Origin: Fidelibacterota bacterium
GTDB taxonomy: Bacteria > Fidelibacterota > Marinisomatia > Marinisomatales > JABMOV01
DNA length: 13,298 nt
Direction: 5' to 3'
Assembly (NCBI GenBank): GCA_046861395.1
Contig: JBHHUC010000060.1
Coordinates: 1-13,298, forward strand
In this document: in pieces, positions 1-7,156 of the stretch
How the letters are laid out: every line of letters begins with the position of its first letter
How positions within the stretch are numbered: the stretch's first letter is position 1
The notes under the pieces: model-generated
What the model was told of the DNA's origin: nothing
Database searches by the model: none
Seen by the model: only the letters and a program-made list of their open reading frames with translations
Made by a program: the position numbers and the translations under genes

Positions 1-1
1 C

Positions 2-112
2 AACAGCACGACCTATGATGTGAGCGGCTGGTACTTCAGGATTCAGGAAGGCGGCCGGGGAACGGGTGCCGGCGGTAATCGGATCATGCAATTGAAGGAA
101 AACCGGCAATGA
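2..112 (+). CDS. 3' end of an upstream CDS (partial, function unknown)
   Basis: Frame from base 2 is open (NSTTYDVSGWYFRIQEGGRGTGAGGNRIMQLKENRQ*). Its TGA (110-112) overlaps the next ATG (109-111) as ATGA, typical of translational coupling. Confidence 0.65.
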   Translation, partial: NSTTYDVSGWYFRIQEGGRGTGAGGNRIMQLKENRQ

Positions 113-1578
113 GACGGCTTATCGGATTCATCCTCCTGGGAGGAATTACCGTAACCGCACTGTTCGGCCAGTTGAAACGTGATCCCCGATCGGTGGGACT
201 GGCCGGAGCCTATGGTACCGTGGCCGACGGGATTTATGCCGTGGGATATAATCCCGCTTTGCTGGCTTATCAGGCGGACAAACCGTTCATGATGCAGCTG
301 GTGGGATTCGATTTCGGTCTCGTGAGCAATTATGTTTCCATGAGCAATCTCAACGCCATCAGCGGGGATACCCTTTTTGATAAGGACATCAATGCGATTC
401 TGAGAATGCTGGAACCCAGCGGGGGCCTTACCCTGACACCTGACATTCATTTTGCCACACCGGTTCTGAATTTTGCGTCCGGCAATCTGGCCATCACCAG
501 CAATACCCTCATCATCGGTGATCTTACCTTGCCTCTGGGTTTTGTGGAACTCATGCTCCGTGGTAACGCCGCCAATCCCAACCTGGATCTGACCATGAAC
601 TATGAAATTCTTGGTGTCACTGAACTGGGTCTGTCTTTTGCGGTTCCCTATGATCAGTTTTCCATCGGTGTGACACTCAAGTATTTACAAGGCTTGTTTT
701 ATTTCGGTGTAGACCCTGACTCCAGTCATTCCAATTTGATCACCACGGATGATTATCTTTATGGTTCAGGTCGTTATTACCTGCGCCAGGGAATCGGTGG
801 CAGTGGGGTAGGACTCGATCTGGGTTTTGCCACGCGACGGACAACGAGTGGTTGGCAATTCGGTGCCTCACTCATCAATGCTAGTGGTAAGATTAAATGG
901 AATAATCCCAGTTTTGTGAAGGATTTACTCGCGGGAAATGATAAGATTTACGGCAATAAGGACGATCTCTTTCATTTTACCTGGAACGGCCAGGCCCTGA
1001 ATGATTCCATGGCAGTGATCTATTCCTTTACAATTGATTCGACCAACATGTCGGGATTGTCCAATGCGAATAATTTTACCAACGATCAATCCATTATCTA
1101 TAACCTTGATAAAAACGGTAATCTAAAAGCTTTTACTACCAATTATCCCGGTATCTTCCGCCTGGGGGGTAGCCGTCTTACAAAAAATTATTTATTTACA
1201 TCTGATATTTGGACAGGATTTCAGAATCGGTTTTTTGCCCGAGCTCACTGGCGATGGGCTTTTGGTGTGGAATTTCTTCGTTTTCCCACGACGCCGCTTC
1301 GTCTGGGCTATGCCTGGGGAGGATCAGATTTTAAAGAACTGGCCATGGGCTTCGGAATTCATAAGGGCCCGGTGATTTTTGATTTTGGTTTCGCATTCCG
1401 TAACGGGATATGGATTCATACCATGAAGGGACTCAATCTATCGCTGGGTTTAACCATCACAGGATTTGGCAGCCGGAAGGAAACGATCCATGATCCGGCG
1501 GCTGTGCCGGCTCCTGTCGTGGAAGAACCTAACGAGGTTCCTGTAGAAAAAGAATCAGTCAGCGAAGGTCAGAACTGA
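109..1578 (+). CDS. Outer-membrane beta-barrel protein, FadL/PorV/TraF/DUF5723-like
   Basis: 489 aa. Signal peptide (MRRLIGFILLGGITVTALFG|Q) is followed by PRSVGLAGAYGTVADGIYAVGYNPALLA, matching the 'R..G.gGA.......a...NPA.L' N-terminus of FadL/PorV-like barrels. Amphipathic strands include SIGVTLKYLQG, GVGLDLGF, WQFGASLIN and PLRLGYAWG. The C-terminal tail is acidic and Pro-rich. Confidence 0.7.
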   Translation: MRRLIGFILLGGITVTALFGQLKRDPRSVGLAGAYGTVADGIYAVGYNPALLAYQADKPFMMQLVGFDFGLVSNYVSMSNLNAISGDTLFDKDINAILRMLEPSGGLTLTPDIHFATPVLNFASGNLAITSNTLIIGDLTLPLGFVELMLRGNAANPNLDLTMNYEILGVTELGLSFAVPYDQFSIGVTLKYLQGLFYFGVDPDSSHSNLITTDDYLYGSGRYYLRQGIGGSGVGLDLGFATRRTTSGWQFGASLINASGKIKWNNPSFVKDLLAGNDKIYGNKDDLFHFTWNGQALNDSMAVIYSFTIDSTNMSGLSNANNFTNDQSIIYNLDKNGNLKAFTTNYPGIFRLGGSRLTKNYLFTSDIWTGFQNRFFARAHWRWAFGVEFLRFPTTPLRLGYAWGGSDFKELAMGFGIHKGPVIFDFGFAFRNGIWIHTMKGLNLSLGLTITGFGSRKETIHDPAAVPAPVVEEPNEVPVEKESVSEGQN

Positions 1579-1580
1579 CT

Positions 1581-2681
1581 TTATTTCCGCGCCAGGAGGA
1601 TGAGAATAATTCCTCCTATGATAAAGACAATATTACCGATCCAGGCTGACAATAACGGTTCCAATATTCCTTTAAATCCCATGGACTGCCCGAATTTTAT
1701 GACGGCGTAATAAGAAAATATCACAAAGACACTCATTCCGGCACCGAATGTCAAACCTCCCTTAAGCTTCATGACAACCAGGGGCAACCCGAACAGAATG
1801 ACAATTAAATTTGTGAAAGCAAAAGAGATTTTAAATTGTTTGACCACTTCCCATCGCCGGGTATTTACACCATTTTCTTCTAACAGGGCGATACGTTGTT
1901 TCAGTTCCTCACGGTTCAATTCTTCCGGCGATTTGAATTGTTGCGATATATCATTCGGGACAAATCCAATGGTCAATAGTGTATCCCCGGTGGAAATAGC
2001 AATCCCCTTTTCCGTCCCACTGGAATCGAAGGTCCGGATGGAAAAATCACTGACGACCCATTGTTGTAGACTGTCAATGAATGCCATTTTTTTAGCATCA
2101 ATGCGCGACCGCACCAGACCGCTGTCTAGTTTTACAATATTGACGCCCTGGGCTTCTTTGGTATACGTCCGATAGGTATCCAGGGATATGTTCAGTGATC
2201 CCTTTTTCTGCAGAAAAACGTCCTGCATGACTTTTTTGGGTTTACGGATACTTTTCCGCGCTTTCCGTTTAATATATTCCCGTTCAATGTTAAATCGGTG
2301 TTCATTTCCCCAGGTGACCAGCTGATTATCAAGGACATACGAAACACTGCTTAAGAGTAAACCACAAATGACCAATGGTACGGCAATGCGATACAAACTG
2401 ATCCCGCTGCTTTTCATGGCTGTCCATTCATTGCGTTTGGCCATCAGACCGATGCTGAAGACGGTTGAAATCAGTACCGACATGGGCAGGGCAATATTTG
2501 TAAACCAGGGTAGAGAAAAAAGGTAATATTGTAATACGACGGTCCCAGGGACAGAGTTATCAATGAAACGATCGAGGTTTTCGATTAAATCCACAATGAC
2601 AAAAATCGAAATGAATCCGATTAATGCCATCACTAGGATGTTCAGAAACTGAGCCAGAATATATTGATCTAGTTTACGCAT
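1581..2681 (-). CDS. lptG: LPS export ABC transporter permease, LptF/LptG (YjgP/YjgQ) family, probably LptG
   Basis: 366 aa. MRKLDQYI start, three N-terminal TMs, NEWTAMKSSGISLYRI coupling-helix motif, a periplasmic beta-rich region, three C-terminal TMs and PLLSAWIGNIVF. The family call is secure; LptG versus LptF is less certain. Confidence 0.85.
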   Translation of the reverse strand: MRKLDQYILAQFLNILVMALIGFISIFVIVDLIENLDRFIDNSVPGTVVLQYYLFSLPWFTNIALPMSVLISTVFSIGLMAKRNEWTAMKSSGISLYRIAVPLVICGLLLSSVSYVLDNQLVTWGNEHRFNIEREYIKRKARKSIRKPKKVMQDVFLQKKGSLNISLDTYRTYTKEAQGVNIVKLDSGLVRSRIDAKKMAFIDSLQQWVVSDFSIRTFDSSGTEKGIAISTGDTLLTIGFVPNDISQQFKSPEELNREELKQRIALLEENGVNTRRWEVVKQFKISFAFTNLIVILFGLPLVVMKLKGGLTFGAGMSVFVIFSYYAVIKFGQSMGFKGILEPLLSAWIGNIVFIIGGIILILLARK

Positions 2682-2723
2682 GGTCTGTCTGATTAAGTCC
2701 TTTTAAACTTTGGCCGGATCACC

Positions 2724-2731
2724 TAACTTTG
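2724..2731 (+). promoter_or_regulatory. Candidate promoter element TAACTTTG (TAnnTTTG, Bacteroidetes-type -7 box; also fits TAnnnT -10)
   Basis: Exact TAnnTTTG match ending 8 nt before the ATG at 2740, in the 58-bp divergent lptG/NhaC gap. Confidence 0.45.
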
Positions 2732-2739
2732 CAGCCAAA

Positions 2740-4407
2740 ATGATAAAAGCACCCACTAAATTTATTCTAATTTCACTGCTGACCATACCCGCATTATTAT
2801 TTGCCGGGTCAGAGACCTTTAATGCACCCGAATCATCCTGGGTTTCCATTTTACCGCCCCTGATTGCCATTGCGCTGGCAATGATTACACGGGAAACACT
2901 CATTTCTCTCTTTGCCGGGGTCTGGATTGGTGTTTCACTGTTGGTAGGCGATCCTTTGAACGGACTGGTGAACGCATTGGATACTTATTTAGTGCACTCC
3001 TTGAGTGATTCCGGCCATGCTTCGATCATTCTGTTCAGTTTGGGGTTTGGCGGGATGATTGGCGTCATTTCTTCCAACGGGGGAATGAAAGGTCTGGTGA
3101 AACTGGCTGGGAATCTTGCCACCAACCGTCGCCGAGGCCAGGTCACCACAGCTGCAATGGGCGTCTTGGTCTTTTTCGATGATTATGCCAATTCACTATT
3201 GGTGGGGAATATGATGCGGCCATTTACCGATTCGCTGAAGATTTCACGGGAAAAATTATCCTATCTGGTTGATTCAACTGCTGCACCTGTGGCCAGCCTG
3301 GCTGTAATCAGCACCTGGTCCATATTTCAAATGAGCTTGTTGACGGAACCCTATCAGCAATTCGGTATTACCGAAAGTCCCTATATTACCTTTCTACGGA
3401 GTATTCCATATTCCTTCTACTGTATCCTCACACTGGTTTTTGTCTATGCCAGTGTACTGACACGACGGGATTTCGGTCCCATGAAAAAAGCTGAAATCCG
3501 GGCTCTGTCCACCGGTGCCGTCATTCGTCCGGGAGCCAGGCCCATGACGGATACGTCCAGCTTGGAAAAGGAGCAATACGGACATAAGGCTTCACACTGG
3601 TCCAATGCAATCATTCCCATTGCTCTGGTGGTGCTGGTAACCGTTATTGGTTTATACGTCACAGGTACGCGGGCACTGGGAGAGAATGAGGCCCGGACCA
3701 TTCGCAATATCATCGGTGAAGCCGACTCCTATGCGGCCTTAATGTGGGGGGCTTACTTTGCCAGTTTCGCAGCCATATTTTTATCTGTCGTCACGAAATC
3801 GCTCACAATATCGGAATCCATGGAAGCCTGGGTGAAAGGGGTGAAATCCATGTCATTGGCCGCCATTGTTCTGGTCTTGGCCTGGACATTGGGGAAAGTG
3901 TGTAATGATTTGCATACGGCCGAATTTCTAGTCGCAATTTCATCTGGCTTTATCACACCGATTATTTTTCCTGCGGTAACCTTTGTTACAGCAGCAGCAA
4001 TCAGTTTCTCGACCGGTACTTCCTGGGCGACCATGTCAATTCTAGTCCCCATTATCATGCCCATGGCTTTAACGATAATGTCCGGTGATCCCAATACAAT
4101 TGTCAGCCATTCCCTGTTTGCCGCAACGTTTGCTTCCATTCTTTCCGGAGCCGTATTTGGTGATCATTGTTCCCCCATTTCTGATACGACCATTTTATCT
4201 TCCATGGCATCGGGATCGGATCATATTGACCATGTCCGGACGCAATTGCCTTATGCCGTTACTGTGGCTGCTGTTTCGGTATTATTCGGATATTTATTGA
4301 ACGGCTTCGGCCTGCATTGGAGCATTTCCATTCTCCTGGGTAGTGTCGTCATCTTTCTGATTATCCGTTTTAAGGGAACACGAATTCTCGCTGCCAATTA
4401 CCGCTGA
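2740..4407 (+). CDS. Na+/H+ antiporter NhaC-family transporter (substrate unknown; possibly amino acid or organic acid)
   Basis: Many TMs. Motifs include SILPPLIAIALA, FFDDYANSLLVG..MRP.TD...ISREKLSYLVDSTAAP, SFSTGTSWATM, GAVFGDHCSPISDTTILSS and HIDHVRTQLPYA. ATG at 2740 is preferred over the TTG at 2710 used in the ORF track. Confidence 0.9.
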   Translation: MIKAPTKFILISLLTIPALLFAGSETFNAPESSWVSILPPLIAIALAMITRETLISLFAGVWIGVSLLVGDPLNGLVNALDTYLVHSLSDSGHASIILFSLGFGGMIGVISSNGGMKGLVKLAGNLATNRRRGQVTTAAMGVLVFFDDYANSLLVGNMMRPFTDSLKISREKLSYLVDSTAAPVASLAVISTWSIFQMSLLTEPYQQFGITESPYITFLRSIPYSFYCILTLVFVYASVLTRRDFGPMKKAEIRALSTGAVIRPGARPMTDTSSLEKEQYGHKASHWSNAIIPIALVVLVTVIGLYVTGTRALGENEARTIRNIIGEADSYAALMWGAYFASFAAIFLSVVTKSLTISESMEAWVKGVKSMSLAAIVLVLAWTLGKVCNDLHTAEFLVAISSGFITPIIFPAVTFVTAAAISFSTGTSWATMSILVPIIMPMALTIMSGDPNTIVSHSLFAATFASILSGAVFGDHCSPISDTTILSSMASGSDHIDHVRTQLPYAVTVAAVSVLFGYLLNGFGLHWSISILLGSVVIFLIIRFKGTRILAANYR

Positions 4408-5276
4408 TTCAGTCTCCATCCCCATAATAACACCCAGTCATCCTTAATGATTTTTTGCTCGAACGAAATCCAGTCACCGTAGGCGGCCACCACCGCATCA
4501 ATTTGTCGAGGCAGGATTCCCGAAAGGACTAATCGTCCGTCAGGTTTTAATAGCCCCGCCAGAACCGGAGCCAGGCTAATAAGAGGATTGGCCAGGATAT
4601 TGGCCACAATGATATGAAAGTCTTTTTGTACATCATGAGGATCGAGGACGGTAATATCCACCTTATTGAGAGTCGCATTCTGTCGCGTAGCCTGGAGGGC
4701 CTGCGGATCATTGTCGGTGGCCATGACCCTGCGGACGCCAAGCAGGGCAGCGGCGGTAGCCAGAATTCCAGAACCACAGCCATAATCGAGCAGGGTATCC
4801 TGCCGGTGACAATGCCGGGTCAACCATTCCAGGCACAGACGAGTAGTGGGATGGGTGCCGGAACCAAAGGCCAGCCCGGGGTCAAGCCTCAGATTTATGG
4901 CTTCCGGTTGTGGAATATCGTGCCAAGTCGGGATAATCCAGAAATTGTCATCTATCCGAATCGGTTGAGCCTGTTTTTTTCCTTCCGCAATCCAATCCCG
5001 GTCCGGGATGTCCTGTACCTGCCAGGGAGGTGCCTGGTCCCACCCGCAAAATGCCGTTAATTGTTCTACATAGCGGGCCGAGTTCATTTCGGAAGCGACG
5101 TGAATTATCAGTTTTACCGCCGGTGTATTTTCCCAAAATGGCAGGGCGGGATCAGAAAACCATTCATGGCTTTCATCGCGGGTTAGGACGGAGACTGCCG
5201 TGGCGCCCAGATCCAGAGCCAGGTCGCAGGTGTGGTCATCGACGGCGTCGTCAGGAAACAGGATGATTTGTTTCAT
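4398..5276 (-). CDS. prmA: 50S ribosomal protein L11 methyltransferase
   Basis: 292 aa. DW...K...PI, LDPGLAFGSGTHPTTRLCLEWL, SAM-binding LDYGCGSGIL, DND.QA, VANILANPL and LSGIL. Confidence 0.93.
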   Translation of the reverse strand: MKQIILFPDDAVDDHTCDLALDLGATAVSVLTRDESHEWFSDPALPFWENTPAVKLIIHVASEMNSARYVEQLTAFCGWDQAPPWQVQDIPDRDWIAEGKKQAQPIRIDDNFWIIPTWHDIPQPEAINLRLDPGLAFGSGTHPTTRLCLEWLTRHCHRQDTLLDYGCGSGILATAAALLGVRRVMATDNDPQALQATRQNATLNKVDITVLDPHDVQKDFHIIVANILANPLISLAPVLAGLLKPDGRLVLSGILPRQIDAVVAAYGDWISFEQKIIKDDWVLLWGWRLNQR

Positions 5277-5281
5277 GGCAT

Positions 5282-6181
5282 TCAGCGATGTAATACGGGC
5301 GGTTGCCAGGGACTGTTCGGTTCAAACGTCGTCCAAAGCAGTCTGGAAACGGCACGAATGAGGGTGTAGCCTTCATTATCCTCGGTCCAGCGGGTATCTG
5401 ACTGGTTTTTCGTTATGACACAGAAGAGGTAATCGCCCTGGAATGCATTGACCAGGGCTACTTCGGATCTGGATTCGCTTACGGCACCTTGTTTGGATGC
5501 AATCTGGACCGTGGGCGGAATTTGACTGAGAGCCTCGCCGTCCCAGTAGGACCGGCATAGGTAACGGTACATCTTTTCCGACCAATAGGGATTGAACCAT
5601 GTTTGTTCATAAATACCACGGAGCAGTTCGGCCATTTCCCGGGGTGTTGTCTGTCCCCAGCCATAGACTTCCCAGTCCGTCTGACGGCCCGGAGTCCGGG
5701 AATTCATTCGGGTCCGGAAAAAGCCGTGATCCGATAACCAACGATTGATTGTCACGCCCGATCCGGCGATATCCTGCAGCCACAGACTGGCATGATTATC
5801 ACTGAACGTGAGCATGTGGGCCATGAGCTTACCAAGTGTAATGCCTTCGCCGTCCCTGAACCGGGAAAGTGCATCTCCACCTTTATAGGGATAATGAATA
5901 GAGTCGGCGTAGTAAACCAGGGTTGTATCGAGCGTTAACTCCTGCCGGGATAGGCGGTCGAATATGGCTAACATGATGGGGATTTTAATCATGCTGGCCG
6001 TGGGAAAAAGAGTATCGGCGTTAATTGAAATTTCATTTCCCGTGGGAAAGCGATAAACATAAATGCCAGCCTTGCCGTGAAAGTCATCCACCATGCTCTG
6101 CAATTTTTCTTCAAGTGATTGAGGGAAAAGAGTCGTAAGGCTCAGAAACAAGATGATGAAAGCCGGTTTATGTTTCGCCAT
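5282..6181 (-). CDS. Secreted serine hydrolase of the class A beta-lactamase-like/PBP fold
   Basis: 299 aa. Signal peptide, FPTASMIK (SxxK, 5984-5995), SDN (5795-5803), TTPREMA and KQG in place of KTG (5486-5494). No clear class A omega-loop ExxLN. Confidence 0.85.
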   Translation of the reverse strand: MAKHKPAFIILFLSLTTLFPQSLEEKLQSMVDDFHGKAGIYVYRFPTGNEISINADTLFPTASMIKIPIMLAIFDRLSRQELTLDTTLVYYADSIHYPYKGGDALSRFRDGEGITLGKLMAHMLTFSDNHASLWLQDIAGSGVTINRWLSDHGFFRTRMNSRTPGRQTDWEVYGWGQTTPREMAELLRGIYEQTWFNPYWSEKMYRYLCRSYWDGEALSQIPPTVQIASKQGAVSESRSEVALVNAFQGDYLFCVITKNQSDTRWTEDNEGYTLIRAVSRLLWTTFEPNSPWQPPVLHR

Positions 6182-6186
6182 GGTAA

Positions 6187-6216
6187 AAAATACTCAGTAT
6201 TTCCCGGTGATCTCAA
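6187..6216 (-). promoter_or_regulatory. Candidate sigma70-like promoter for the serine hydrolase-prmA unit: TTGAGA-N18-TATTTT
   Basis: On the minus strand, TTGAGA (6216-6211), an 18-nt spacer and TATTTT (6192-6187) end 5 nt before the ATG at 6181. Confidence 0.45.
6188..6202. promoter_or_regulatory. Perfect inverted repeat AAATACT-C-AGTATTT, candidate operator
   Basis: 7-bp arms with a 1-nt spacer in the short divergent gap between the serine hydrolase and murQ. Confidence 0.45.
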
Positions 6217-6247
6217 TCTAATTTCAAATGCAACTCTAAGGAATATG

Positions 6248-7156
6248 ATGGAACGAAAAGACTTATCCACGGAAAAACAAAATCCAAACTCACACCAGAT
6301 CGATAAAAAATCAACACTGGAAATTCTGGAGATTATCAATAACGAAGACAAAACCATAGCTCTGGCGGTGGAAAAGGCCATTCCTGCTCTGGAAAAAACC
6401 GTTACCATGGCAGTTGAAGCATTACGCCGGGGAGGTCATATTATTTATGTCGGAGCCGGCACCAGCGGTCGTCTGGGAGTACTGGATTCCACCGAAATGC
6501 CGCCCACCTATTCCGCACCTCGAGCGTGGTTTCAGGGACTGATTGCCGGTGGCCGGGAGGCGCTGGTGCGGTCGATTGAAGGCGCCGAAGATAACCCCGA
6601 GGATGCGCATCGGGATTTGAAAGCCATGGGAATTACGGATATGGATTTAATCATCGGGATTGCCAGTTCAAGCGCAACACCCTATGTCATTGGAGCAATT
6701 GAATATGCCAGGGACATCGGAGCCCGGACGGCCTACATGATTTGTAATCCCAAACCTTTATCCCACATCACCGTCGATGCCATGATCATCCTCGATGTAG
6801 GTCCGGAAATCATTACCGGTTCCACTCGGATGAAATCGGGAACGGCAACGAAAATGGCATTAAACATGATTTCGACGACTACCATGATCCGATTGGGAAA
6901 AGTCTACAGCAATCTCATGGTGGATTTGCAGGTTGTGAATAAGAAACTGGTTGACCGGGGGACACGTATCATTCAACAATTAACCGAATTGAACTATAGC
7001 GATGCTCAAGCCATACTCACTCGGGCCGGCGGATCCGTGAAAACGGGAATTGTCATGGCGCGGTTGAATGTAGGTAAGGAGGAAGCTGAAGTGAAACTGG
7101 CTGCGGCTGATGGGGTACTACGGGCGGTAATCGGAGATATTGAACCCGCCGGCTAA
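6248..7156 (+). CDS. murQ: N-acetylmuramic acid 6-phosphate etherase
   Basis: TEKQNPNS..ID..ST.EIL..IN.ED, YVGAGTSGRLGVLDSTEMPPTY, EGAED, GPEIITGSTRMKSGTATKMALNMIST, GKVYSNLMVD and N.KL.DR. Start placed at ATG 6248 (alternative 6245), 5 nt after SD-like TAAGGA (6237-6242), rather than at 6119. Confidence 0.96.
   Translation: MERKDLSTEKQNPNSHQIDKKSTLEILEIINNEDKTIALAVEKAIPALEKTVTMAVEALRRGGHIIYVGAGTSGRLGVLDSTEMPPTYSAPRAWFQGLIAGGREALVRSIEGAEDNPEDAHRDLKAMGITDMDLIIGIASSSATPYVIGAIEYARDIGARTAYMICNPKPLSHITVDAMIILDVGPEIITGSTRMKSGTATKMALNMISTTTMIRLGKVYSNLMVDLQVVNKKLVDRGTRIIQQLTELNYSDAQAILTRAGGSVKTGIVMARLNVGKEEAEVKLAAADGVLRAVIGDIEPAG

Noticed and set aside
1581..2681. Solitary lptG without adjacent lptF as a sign of rearrangement
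   Set aside because: lptF and lptG are often unlinked in FCB-group genomes, and the gene appears intact.
2710..2739. TTG start for the NhaC-family gene
   Set aside because: ATG 2740 gives a normal signal-like N-terminus, and the 2710-2739 stretch contains the candidate promoter element.
5282..6181. Bona fide beta-lactamase resistance gene
   Set aside because: KQG instead of KTG/KSG, no ExxLN omega-loop motif, and no mobile-element context.
6119..6247. 43-aa N-terminal extension of MurQ in the ORF track
   Set aside because: It would overlap the divergent hydrolase start and promoter region. MurQ similarity and an SD-like TAAGGA point to ATG 6248 or 6245.
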